Shown here in pieces: positions 10,469 through 19,579 of a stretch of 64,000 nt of DNA (position 1 is the first letter of the stretch; the number at the start of each line of letters is the position of its first letter). The position numbers and the translations under genes are program-made. The stretch is from Acidobacteriota bacterium (GTDB taxonomy: Bacteria > Acidobacteriota > UBA6911 > RPQK01 > JADFOI01), in contig OY760074.1 in assembly GCA_963663035.1 (NCBI GenBank), positions 2,464,001 through 2,528,000 on the forward strand. The letters are read 5' to 3'. The notes under the pieces were generated by a model. That model saw only the letters and a program-made list of their open reading frames with translations. It searched no databases and was not told where the DNA came from.

Positions 10469-11659
10469 GTGAAAATCGTCGTGACCGCAAGGTCTGACCT
10501 CTCAGGGCAGGTCACTACGCCAGGAGGCATGGTTCACCTCCTGGAAACTTGCCGAAATCTCCACTTGCTGGGACACGACGTCACCCTCTTTGTGGGAACT
10601 GAAGGGCGCTATCAAGAGGCTGTCCCTTTTAAGATCGTTAATATCCCTATTCCCCGTATACGGTTTCTAGGTACTTTCTTATTTCCCATTCTCCTCTTCA
10701 TCTATCTTCTAGCCTGGAGCCTTTTCAACAAGTCCGACGTCATCTATGAGAATTGCGTAACCTACTCTTTTTCGGGATTATTGGTGGCCAAGCTCTTAGG
10801 CAAGCCCCACGCGATGCATGTTCACGGTTTTACTCCCGATGAGATGGAGATGGGAGGACACGGAAAGTTTCGAGTGGCCTTGGTCCTTTTCGTTGAACGC
10901 TGGAACTACCGCCTGTCGGATGCGCTTTTCTGCGTGACCCCGGTCGTCCTTGAGAAAATCAGTGAAGTGTATGGTGTGTCTCCTGATACCTCATACTTCA
11001 TCTACAACGGAGTGGACGCGGATCGCTGCAGGCCCATGGACAGGCAGGAATGTGCTCGAACCTTAGGGATGGATCCCAGCCAGGAATATGTGGGATTCAT
11101 CGGCTATCTTTACCCTTGGTCGGGAGTTGACAAACTGATTGAGGCGGCTCCTGCAATTGTTGCCAAACGTCCCAAAGCTCAATTCGTGGTGGTTGGCCAC
11201 GGGATCTGGGGACCCCAACTCCCCGTCTTAGCCAAAAAAGCAGGAGTATCGGAGCACTTTCATTTTGTGGGTTATCAACCGTGGGATCAGATCCCCCTCT
11301 TTTGTAATCTCTTCGACGTAGGGGTAACAGCCTACACAGCGGAAAAGGGCGTTGGACGCTATCGTTCCTCCATGAAGTCTCTGGAATACTCGGCAGCAGG
11401 TTGTCCGGTGGTGATTACTCGCGCCCGAGGCGTCTCGGACATTATTGAGGAAGCGGGTTGTGGAATCGTGGTCGAGCCAGACGACATGGATGCGTTAGCC
11501 AACGCCATCATTGAGATTCTCCAGGACCCGGAACTCCGAAAAACCATGGGAGATAAGGGCCGACAACTTATTGAGGACGGCTACACATGGCGACATGTTG
11601 CTGAGAAAATGACGGTTGTTTTTGACAAGCTTGTTAAATCACCTTCTGATAGCGGGTAA
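10469..11659 (+). CDS. Glycosyltransferase family 4
   Basis: NGVD, GFIGYLYPWSG and SMKSLEYSAAGCPVV motifs. Confidence 0.9.
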   Translation: MKIVVTARSDLSGQVTTPGGMVHLLETCRNLHLLGHDVTLFVGTEGRYQEAVPFKIVNIPIPRIRFLGTFLFPILLFIYLLAWSLFNKSDVIYENCVTYSFSGLLVAKLLGKPHAMHVHGFTPDEMEMGGHGKFRVALVLFVERWNYRLSDALFCVTPVVLEKISEVYGVSPDTSYFIYNGVDADRCRPMDRQECARTLGMDPSQEYVGFIGYLYPWSGVDKLIEAAPAIVAKRPKAQFVVVGHGIWGPQLPVLAKKAGVSEHFHFVGYQPWDQIPLFCNLFDVGVTAYTAEKGVGRYRSSMKSLEYSAAGCPVVITRARGVSDIIEEAGCGIVVEPDDMDALANAIIEILQDPELRKTMGDKGRQLIEDGYTWRHVAEKMTVVFDKLVKSPSDSG

Positions 11660-11722
11660 AGAGAACGGCCTGTCTGAAGTTTTTCCACTTCCTCCTTCTG
11701 CCCGGATTATAGCTGACAAACC

Positions 11723-13645
11723 ATGTGTGGAATTTGCGGGATTGTTCTAGATCAGGAAAGCAAAGAGGCCGATCTCAAGAGCCTACAGTCCATGAGAGAG
11801 GCACTGTTTCACCGCGGACCGGATGATCATGGATCATATCTGAAAGGTAATGTGGGCTTGGCCATGCAGCGGCTCAGCATTATCGACTTGGCAGGAGGAC
11901 ACCAACCGATCCATAACGAGGACCAGACTGTTTGGGTGGTCTTCAACGGTGAAATCTACAATTTCCAGGAATTGCGGAAAGAATTGATCGGTAAAGGGCA
12001 TCACTTCTCCACCAGGAGTGATACGGAAGTCATTGTCCATCTCTACGAAGAATCCGGCGTCGACTGTGTGAAGAGACTTCGGGGGATGTTCGCTTTTGCG
12101 CTGTGGGACACGAGAAGGAAGACTCTGCTTCTTGCCAGGGACCGTTTGGGCATCAAACCCCTTTACTATTACCACCGGAACGGATGTTTTCTCTTTGCCT
12201 CGGAGATAAAGGCATTGATTCAACACCCCGCAGTTGAGCGCCAGGTGAGTATGAGGGGACTGGACTGCTACTTCACTTATGGCTACATCCCAGCCCCTGA
12301 AACCATCTTCAAAGATATCTACAAACTGAGTCCGGCTGCAACTCTCTCGCTGCAACAGGGTCATGTCTCGAAGCAAAAATATTGGGATCTGGACTATACA
12401 GACACACTGCAGGGCGATCCTGAGGAGTTGAGCCAGGAGCTCCTGGAGCGCTTGCGAGATTCGGTCCGGCGTCATTTGGTAAGCGACGTGTCTGTGGGGG
12501 CCTTCTTGAGCGGAGGGGTAGACTCAAGTGCCATGGTGGCCCTGATGCGCGAGGAAGCGGACCGGCCCATTAAAACCTTTTCCTTGGGATACCGAGGAAA
12601 GGGCGACGAGCTGGGTTATGCCAGATTGGTCTCCAAGCACCTCGAGACCGAGCACCACGAATTTATAGTCAGTCCGGATATGACGGAGCTGTTGCCCGAA
12701 TTGGTTTGGCATCAGGATGAGCCCTTGTTTGATAACTCCATACTCCCTACTTTTCTGGTGTCGAAACTGGCCAGAGAGCATGTCAAGGTTGCCTTGTCCG
12801 GCGACGGAGGTGATGAGCTGTTTGGAGGATATGAATGGACTCGCCGATATCAATTCATACGATACTACAATCAGCTACCTGGAGGTATCAGGACGATCTT
12901 ACAGAAGCTGTTGTTGAGAGACGGACACGAACCTGCATACCGTTCCGATTTCACGAGTAAGCTGAAACGTTTCATCTCTGACACAACCCTATCCTTGGAG
13001 GAAGGCTTTGCCCGCAGGACGACCAATTCAGGGCAATTCAGACAGCAGCTTTATTCCGAAGAAACAAAAAAGGCACTGGATCGTTATGACGCTTTGACTC
13101 TTCAGAGCGAGTGCTTCACTCGAGCATCCGTGCAGGATGAGAGAGACAAGATGCTCTATGTGGATAGCATGCTTTATTTGCCCGATGATTGCCTTTTCAA
13201 AGTAGACCGCATGAGCATGGCCAACTCTCTCGAGGTAAGAGTTCCCTTTCTCGACCATGAGTTCGTAGAGTTCACCAGTCGTCTTCCCTTTTCTGTGAAG
13301 GTTTCCGGCCTCACCACGAAGCGAATTCTGAAGAAGGCCCTTGCCAGTCGACTTCCTTCAACAGTCTTCTCTCAGAGGAAGCAGGGTTTCACCATTCCCA
13401 TTGCTGATTGGCTGAGGGGAGAGCTGGGTGATCTGGTGGAGAAGATCATTCTACAGGACAGGGCTCAGGAACGAGGTTTCTTCAATCCAGATTGCTTGCG
13501 ATGGATGCTCGAAAGCCATCGAAGTCACCGCTACAATTTGAGCTATCAAATCTGGGCGGTATTCATCTTCGAGATCTGGGCAAGACTGTATCTGGACCGG
13601 ACAGATCTGACCAAACCCGAAGCAACTCTGAAAGACCTACTTTAG
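11723..13645 (+). CDS. asnB: Asparagine synthase-like glutamine amidotransferase (polysaccharide amidation)
   Basis: N-terminal MCGICG, HRGPDD, NGEIYN, LSGGVDSS, SGDGGDELFGGY and KVDRMSMANSLEVRVPFLD motifs. Confidence 0.93.
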   Translation: MCGICGIVLDQESKEADLKSLQSMREALFHRGPDDHGSYLKGNVGLAMQRLSIIDLAGGHQPIHNEDQTVWVVFNGEIYNFQELRKELIGKGHHFSTRSDTEVIVHLYEESGVDCVKRLRGMFAFALWDTRRKTLLLARDRLGIKPLYYYHRNGCFLFASEIKALIQHPAVERQVSMRGLDCYFTYGYIPAPETIFKDIYKLSPAATLSLQQGHVSKQKYWDLDYTDTLQGDPEELSQELLERLRDSVRRHLVSDVSVGAFLSGGVDSSAMVALMREEADRPIKTFSLGYRGKGDELGYARLVSKHLETEHHEFIVSPDMTELLPELVWHQDEPLFDNSILPTFLVSKLAREHVKVALSGDGGDELFGGYEWTRRYQFIRYYNQLPGGIRTILQKLLLRDGHEPAYRSDFTSKLKRFISDTTLSLEEGFARRTTNSGQFRQQLYSEETKKALDRYDALTLQSECFTRASVQDERDKMLYVDSMLYLPDDCLFKVDRMSMANSLEVRVPFLDHEFVEFTSRLPFSVKVSGLTTKRILKKALASRLPSTVFSQRKQGFTIPIADWLRGELGDLVEKIILQDRAQERGFFNPDCLRWMLESHRSHRYNLSYQIWAVFIFEIWARLYLDRTDLTKPEATLKDLL

Positions 13646-13651
13646 AACAGG

Positions 13652-15169
13652 ATGTTTAAGAGCGTACTCAATGAGAGCCGGCTACCGTATCTTTTTGTTT
13701 GCATTTTTTTGCTGCAGGCCGTGATCTTCATTGACTACACGGTGGATGATGCCTTTATTACTTTCAGGTATTCCAGGAATCTGATCAGCGGACTGGGACT
13801 GGTTTTCACCGCGGGGGAAAGAGTAGAGGGAATCACCAATTTCATGTGGATGCTTCTCATGGCAGGGCCGATAAAGGCAGGTGTGGACCCCGTACAGGCA
13901 TCCAAGGTTTTGGGGCTTGCCTCATCTGCTCTACTCATTCTAGCTCTGTGGAAAATCTTGGAGAAGGAGGGAGTCGGACTGGCTGCACGAACTCTTTCGA
14001 CTATGCTTCTGGCCCTGGATGGGAGCCTTGTGCTGTGGAGTGTGGGGGGGTTGGAAACATCGTTTTTTACGCTGCTCTGTTTTGTCGGATCGGCGCTTGC
14101 CATCGCCAATAGACCGGGCCAGCGGCTGTATGTCATTTCAGGTCTATTGCTTGGAGTTGGATTTCTGACTCGACCTGAAGCCGCCATTTTCATTGCTCTT
14201 GTGTTTGTCTTCCTGCTTCTCGAGCCGAACAAAACGGAAGCGGAGAAGAAAGGATTACGTCGGTGGGCGCTGACTGTTTTTATCATTGCGGTGACATTTT
14301 TGACTTGGCGCTTGATTTACTACGGAGATATTTTCCCGAACACCTTTTACGCCAAGACCGGCAGAGGACTCACACAGACCCTGGGAGGGGCACGATACAT
14401 TTATCGGTACTTCATGCTTTACGGAGGGATGCTGACTATTCCCTTGGCTCTCCTGCCCCTAGCTCTTGGGAAAGCAAAGAGACTGTACAGTTTCTCATTG
14501 ATAATCGTTTTTAGTTTCTTTGGGTACGTGTTGCTGGTTTCCGGGGCTGATTGGATGATGCTTTTCAGATTTCTCTTGCCGGCACTGCCTTTCTTGTATC
14601 TCACGGTGGGATTCGGTGTGCAGGAGTTTTCCGAAACATTCATCGCAAACATAAGAAGGCCAGCGGCAGCAGCCTACTTTTTCAGTTTCTGTGGGCTCTT
14701 GCTGTCTGTCATGTTTCTCACTTCTACAGTGACTGCAAGATTCCTGCATGATACTGCCCTTCACGGGATAACCGTATACACTGGGGGTATTCACCGCGAT
14801 GCAGGTTTATGGCTCAAGAGGAATGCTCCTGCCACCTCATTAATTGCGGTGGCAGATGCGGGCGCGATTCCCTATTTCAGTGAAATGCCGACGCTCGACA
14901 TGAGCGGACTTGCAGACCCCTACCTGGCCAGGATTGCTCCCACCGAACCACGAGGTTTGAGGCTTGATCTGGATTACGTATTTAAAAGGGAGCCTGACTT
15001 TATACAGCTCTATTCCACCACTGATATCACCCGGCAAGGATTCACCAACTACTATCGCGGCTATGGAGAACTGTTTGAGCGAGCCCTGCACGAGGGTCAA
15101 TATGTTCCGGTTGCACCCTACAACAGCGGACCTGGATTGATCATCTTGCGCCGTCAAGACAGGAACTAG
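13652..15169 (+). CDS. Polytopic membrane GT-C fold glycosyltransferase
   Basis: DDAFITFRYSRNL..G.G..F..GERVEG, GLET, LTRPE, PNTFYAK and DAGAIPY..D..GL motifs. Confidence 0.8.
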   Translation: MFKSVLNESRLPYLFVCIFLLQAVIFIDYTVDDAFITFRYSRNLISGLGLVFTAGERVEGITNFMWMLLMAGPIKAGVDPVQASKVLGLASSALLILALWKILEKEGVGLAARTLSTMLLALDGSLVLWSVGGLETSFFTLLCFVGSALAIANRPGQRLYVISGLLLGVGFLTRPEAAIFIALVFVFLLLEPNKTEAEKKGLRRWALTVFIIAVTFLTWRLIYYGDIFPNTFYAKTGRGLTQTLGGARYIYRYFMLYGGMLTIPLALLPLALGKAKRLYSFSLIIVFSFFGYVLLVSGADWMMLFRFLLPALPFLYLTVGFGVQEFSETFIANIRRPAAAAYFFSFCGLLLSVMFLTSTVTARFLHDTALHGITVYTGGIHRDAGLWLKRNAPATSLIAVADAGAIPYFSEMPTLDMSGLADPYLARIAPTEPRGLRLDLDYVFKREPDFIQLYSTTDITRQGFTNYYRGYGELFERALHEGQYVPVAPYNSGPGLIILRRQDRN

Positions 15170-15181
15170 GCTAACTTTTCC

Positions 15182-16156
15182 ATGTCCAGCGTTGATGCAA
15201 TAATCGAGACTGCCAATAGGAAGCGAAAGGAGTTCGTCCGCCACAGGAATACTGACTTTTCTCCCCGAATTCAGGTCATTGAGGGAACCGCTCGTCAGGA
15301 AGGTCGCCCTCCAGAGTTATCCATCACTGTCCCCACACTCGAAGGGAGTCGGGGAGGGGTCTTTCAATCGCTCCTGGAGCAGATCAAGAAGCAAAGCCTC
15401 CAGAACTACGAGCTCATCATAGTGGAGGGAGATCCTCGACAGGGTCGAGCCATCAACACAGGAGCTGCTCTGGCAAGGGCGGAACTTCTACTGACACTCG
15501 ACGATGACACCGTCCTGGGTCATGAGAGAGTCTTTGAAACTCTGATCAGGACGATGAGATCCTATCCGGACATCGGCATGGCTGGGACTTCGAATCTTGT
15601 TCCTGAGGATGCCCCCTGGCTGGTGAGAACACTCATGAACCAGATACCCAGGAGGAGTTCAGAACTGGTTCACGAGATCACCGACAGTGACATGGCGGAA
15701 CATCCCTGTCTGGCAATCAGAAAATCGGTCTTTTTTGAGATAGGAGGAGAGAACGAATTGATTCCGCGAGGACTGGACCCTTACTTGAGGGCTGAAGTCA
15801 GAAAGGCTGGATACAGGGTTGTGGTTGTGCCCGAGACCTGGATCCATCATTTGCCTCCCAATTCTCTTCCAGTGGTGATCAGGCAGTTCTTTCGGAATGG
15901 TTCCCAAGCAGCATTCTGCAAAAAGCTTTACCCGCAGTGGGTCATTGAAACCCCCGATCAGCATGTTGGTGAATTCAAAGAAAGAATTTCTTTTAGCAAG
16001 AGGCTGGTGAGATATGCCGGAAGGATCTTGTTGGCCGTTGCGAAGGTCCGGTTGCTTTACCTCTTGGTTTTAATTGTTTACGCACTGGGATACGTCTATG
16101 GCTTCATGACGACGAGGGTGGAACAGCAGGAAAGCAAAGAAGGCGGTCTGGAGTGA
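15182..16156 (+). CDS. Glycosyltransferase family 2
   Basis: SITVPT, AINTGA..A...LLLTLDDD (DxD) and F..IGG motifs; C-terminal hydrophobic helix. Confidence 0.85.
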   Translation: MSSVDAIIETANRKRKEFVRHRNTDFSPRIQVIEGTARQEGRPPELSITVPTLEGSRGGVFQSLLEQIKKQSLQNYELIIVEGDPRQGRAINTGAALARAELLLTLDDDTVLGHERVFETLIRTMRSYPDIGMAGTSNLVPEDAPWLVRTLMNQIPRRSSELVHEITDSDMAEHPCLAIRKSVFFEIGGENELIPRGLDPYLRAEVRKAGYRVVVVPETWIHHLPPNSLPVVIRQFFRNGSQAAFCKKLYPQWVIETPDQHVGEFKERISFSKRLVRYAGRILLAVAKVRLLYLLVLIVYALGYVYGFMTTRVEQQESKEGGLE

Positions 16157-16158
16157 AT

Positions 16159-17769
16159 TTATGATTCGCGCTGAGCGGGTCTACGCATTTGGGGCTGTTC
16201 ATAAATCGCGTCGGTTCCGCGATTGACCAGAATCACCTGTTCGGTGTCGACATCAGACGGTGGTTCTGTCTCGGTACGGGTCCAGAGTGTCGGAAAGGCC
16301 TTTCCCAAGTTTTTGGTCTTGATGACTTTCTGGAGACTTCCCCAGAGCCCATACCAGCGCAACTGGTCTCGGATATAAATCCCCACTCGCAGCAGGTAGA
16401 CGATCCATTTGAGCACCCGCGGGCGCCCCTGGGTGAGAGCGAGGCAGGCCTGGAAAAGCCACCTGGACAGTCGATCACCCCGGCCAGCGAATCCGCTCAT
16501 GAGAATCTGAAAGAGAACGATCTGTTCTTTTCTGAGGGTCGGCAACTCCAGTACCGTGCTTTCGTAATAGTTCTCCGGCATCTCATCGTCTGTCAGGTAT
16601 CCTTTCTCCTTGCAGTAATCATGGAGTACCGTGCCTCTCAAGGGATAGAAGATAGTGACCTGAAAGCTGTCGGGCTGTAACTCGGCCAGCAGCTCAAAGT
16701 TCTTGCGGAGGACATCCGCAGTTTCACCTGGCAACCCGACCATGTTAAAGGCATGAGTGTGCAAACCATATTTCTTTGCCAGTCGAAAAGCTTCGATGAC
16801 CTTTCCCTGCGGTGTTTTCCGATCCAGAGTCTCTTTCCTGAAGTCTTCATCTCCGCTTTCCACTCCTATGGCAACAGCCGCCGCACCAGCCTCACTGATC
16901 AACTTCATCTTCTCCTCGGTGATGAGCTCGGGACGCTCCATGAAGGTAAAAGGGATGTTGACCTGAGAACTGAAGAGATCTCTGATCCTTTCGAGCCTCG
17001 GTCTTTGGGTGAGGAAAATCTCATCTACGAAGTAGATGTAATCCAGGCCACCGAGTAATTTCTTTAATGCGTGCACCTCCTCGACCATCCGTTCGGGGGA
17101 TTTCTCACGGCGCCAGGATTTACCTCCGTACATGTTCATCAAGTGGGGACTGCTGCAGTAGGTGCAGGTAAAAATACATCCTCTACTTCCCTCGAAGGTA
17201 CCGACGATGTTTGCTCCACTGGCTACACCGCCTTTGAGGTAATGGGAGGTAAAGTGCGCCTCGTCAAAGATTTGCCAGTCGGGAAAAGGCAACTCTTCGA
17301 GATCAATCAAGGGCCGGAGACTATTCTTGTGGACAACACCATTCTCGCGTACCCACACATTTTGAACATCCTTCAGGCTCTCTCCCTTTTCCAGCTTCTC
17401 AACCAGTTCCAACAGGGCATACTCCCCCTCTCCCTGAACAACGATGTCGAAGGTCTCCATCATCTCCTGGGCGGCAACTGTGACGTGATGCCCCCCAGCG
17501 ATAACCGTGATCCCCTCAGGAATCAGTTCCTTGAGTAAACGAACCATTCTCACTTCGTTGCTGCGAATGGAAAAGGCAACAAGCTGGGGCTGAAAGTCCT
17601 CAAGTTTTTGAACGAAACTTGTTCGTTCATGGCCCGGTTCAACCAGTGTAGTGTCATACAGATCGCAGTCATGGCCATGAAGTTTCATGACTGCCGAAAG
17701 CGAACAGATACCCAGTTGAGGGGTGCGAGCACCCCGCTGGATATTTGGATACACAAACAGAATTTTCAT
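16159..17769 (-). CDS. B12-binding domain radical SAM enzyme (class B-like)
   Basis: N-terminal cobalamin-binding fold (PQLGI..L, AGGHHVT, GEGE); SRGCIFTCTYC cluster motif; GVESG and MVGLPGET. Confidence 0.92.
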   Translation of the reverse strand: MKILFVYPNIQRGARTPQLGICSLSAVMKLHGHDCDLYDTTLVEPGHERTSFVQKLEDFQPQLVAFSIRSNEVRMVRLLKELIPEGITVIAGGHHVTVAAQEMMETFDIVVQGEGEYALLELVEKLEKGESLKDVQNVWVRENGVVHKNSLRPLIDLEELPFPDWQIFDEAHFTSHYLKGGVASGANIVGTFEGSRGCIFTCTYCSSPHLMNMYGGKSWRREKSPERMVEEVHALKKLLGGLDYIYFVDEIFLTQRPRLERIRDLFSSQVNIPFTFMERPELITEEKMKLISEAGAAAVAIGVESGDEDFRKETLDRKTPQGKVIEAFRLAKKYGLHTHAFNMVGLPGETADVLRKNFELLAELQPDSFQVTIFYPLRGTVLHDYCKEKGYLTDDEMPENYYESTVLELPTLRKEQIVLFQILMSGFAGRGDRLSRWLFQACLALTQGRPRVLKWIVYLLRVGIYIRDQLRWYGLWGSLQKVIKTKNLGKAFPTLWTRTETEPPSDVDTEQVILVNRGTDAIYEQPQMRRPAQRES

Positions 17770-17784
17770 CACTTGCGGCTCTCC

Positions 17785-17984
17785 CTAGCCGGGATTATGC
17801 ATAGGTTTTCGTGACGAAGTGCCGCAGGCGCCGCGATGACAAGGCATGCGAAGGGGTACCCGCTTGCGGGTCGGGACCCGCAGGCGTACTCATGCAGTAC
17901 GCCGAGGAGCCCAAGGAAGCATAACGCAGTCAGCGCGGATGATTGCGGCACTGCAGTAGAAAATTTATTCATAATCCCGGCTAA
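17785..17984. repeat. Palindromic MITE-like element, copy A
   Basis: Terminal IR GCCGGGATTATG...CATAATCCCGGC flanked by TA; core GGGGTACCCGCTTGCGGGT shared with other copies. Confidence 0.85.
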
Positions 17985-18077
17985 ACCCTGCTTCTATGTT
18001 ACAAAATAAGAGGGGCCGACCGTGCAGCCCTCAACAGGAAACGTTACCGTATTGATGGGACGAGGTACTGTGGAAGA

Positions 18078-19181
18078 ATGAGAATTCTAGTCATTTGTGA
18101 TGTTCTGTCTCCGCAGACGGTGGGAGGGGCGGGAAGGTTCGCTCGAGAAGTCACCACGGCTTTCGGAGAACGGGGTAACGCGGTGGAATTTCTCACTCGA
18201 CAAGTTTCTGCGAATCGTTCGAGAAACGATGCCAACGATATCAAAACAACCTATTACCCATTTGTGGGAAAGGCCTTTCCCACTCGTTTTCGAAAGATCT
18301 TCAACCAGACCATAAGAGACTTTAAACCTGACCTTGTGCATGTTCATCAACCCCTGCCAGCATTCCTATTGATTCCATCTTCTTTCTCCCGACCGATCGT
18401 CTACACCTTTCACTCCTCCTGGGCGGAGGAGTTTAAGATCAAGTCTTCTCGCTGGCCGCGAGTCTTCAGAAAGATAGTGAGTCCTTTGCTGGCGGAAGTG
18501 GAGAAACGCGCACTCCACCGTGCAACTGCAATAACGGTGCTGAGCGAGTTCTCACAGCGCAAACTGAAGCGACTTTATAACCGGGAAGGGGTCATAATCC
18601 CGGGCGGAGTCAACTCCGAGCGATTTCAACCGATCGAGAAAGTGCAACCCAACCAGACTCTTCGCCTGGTTACCCTTCGCAACCTGGTCCCACGGATGGG
18701 ATTACCTCAACTGATCCGCGCCATGAAACTCTTGCCTTCCCACATCGAACTAACGATCGGGGGACAGGGTCCACTGCGGAATGAGCTAATGGGGCTCATC
18801 GGGTCCCTGGGTCTGAGCAAACGAGTGCAATTGGCTGGACACGTGCCGGATGATGATCTTTCTCATTTCTATTCGTCGGCCAACTGGTTTGTTCTGCCCA
18901 CTGTGGCACTGGAAGGATTCGGTCTGGTTATCTTGGAAAGCCTTTCCTGTGGCACTCCGGTGTTGGGAACAAGGATCGGGGCGATTCCGGAGCTGTTGGA
19001 AAAATTCGATCCACAGTGGATCATCAAAGAACCCACTCCGGAGGCCATCGCTGCCACAATACTATCTGTCAGCGAAAACTCCCCTCCCTCGCCCACCCAG
19101 TTGCATGATCGGGTCAGCGCGGAATTCGACTGGAGAAACATTGCCGCGCGCTACCTCGACCTGTTCGCGAGTCTCATCTAG
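18078..19181 (+). CDS. Glycosyltransferase family 4
   Basis: PDLVHVH, RNLVPRMG and EGFGLVILESLSCGTPV motifs. Confidence 0.92.
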   Translation: MRILVICDVLSPQTVGGAGRFAREVTTAFGERGNAVEFLTRQVSANRSRNDANDIKTTYYPFVGKAFPTRFRKIFNQTIRDFKPDLVHVHQPLPAFLLIPSSFSRPIVYTFHSSWAEEFKIKSSRWPRVFRKIVSPLLAEVEKRALHRATAITVLSEFSQRKLKRLYNREGVIIPGGVNSERFQPIEKVQPNQTLRLVTLRNLVPRMGLPQLIRAMKLLPSHIELTIGGQGPLRNELMGLIGSLGLSKRVQLAGHVPDDDLSHFYSSANWFVLPTVALEGFGLVILESLSCGTPVLGTRIGAIPELLEKFDPQWIIKEPTPEAIAATILSVSENSPPSPTQLHDRVSAEFDWRNIAARYLDLFASLI

Positions 19182-19270
19182 GGAAATGTGGGGACAAAGG
19201 GGAAATGTGGGGACAAAGGGGAAATGTGGGGACAAAGGGGAAATGGGGACAAAGGGGAAATGTGGGGACA
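19181..19270 (+). repeat. G-rich 19-bp tandem repeat (GGGGAAATGTGGGGACAAA, about 5 units)
   Basis: Read directly; the fourth unit lacks 2 bp. Confidence 0.9.
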
Positions 19271-19330
19271 GACTACCCGTTCACCTTATTTCGGAAATGA
19301 GGTGAACGGGTAGTCTGTCCCCACATTTCC
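19256..19330. terminator. Long near-perfect hairpin between convergent genes (REP-like or bidirectional terminator)
   Basis: GGAAATGTGGGGACAGACTACCCGTTCACCT ... AGGTGAACGGGTAGTCTGTCCCCACATTTCC. Confidence 0.7.
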
Positions 19331-19348
19331 CTCCACCAGCTTCCCCCT

Positions 19349-19579
19349 CTACCTTCTGTCCGCGTCCTGAGGCTCGTAGAATTCAGGCTGGTGATTGTAA
19401 AGATAGGTCCCAAACCACATGAGAAAAAAGGCAATCACGACAATCACCAATAAGACAATCACCTTCGGCCAGACCCCTCCGCGTCGTGGAGAACCTAGCC
19501 TAAAAAGGCCGGAGATCTTTCCCCTGTCTCTCCTTCTCCTGCCTCTACCTCTCCTGTCTCCCTTTCTCCTCTCTGTCAT
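19349..19579 (-). CDS. Small single-pass membrane protein with Arg-rich N-terminus
   Basis: ATGA coupling to the asnB stop; ERRKGDRR tract followed by one TM helix. Confidence 0.65.
   Translation of the reverse strand: MTERRKGDRRGRGRRRRDRGKISGLFRLGSPRRGGVWPKVIVLLVIVVIAFFLMWFGTYLYNHQPEFYEPQDADRR

Noticed and set aside
17769-17972. ORFs MNKFSTAV... and MNKFSATV... (30383-30571) as a small protein family
   Set aside because: They are translations of the palindromic repeat and differ by internal indels
19181-19330. Possible CRISPR array
   Set aside because: Units are contiguous with no unique spacers, and no cas genes are in the window
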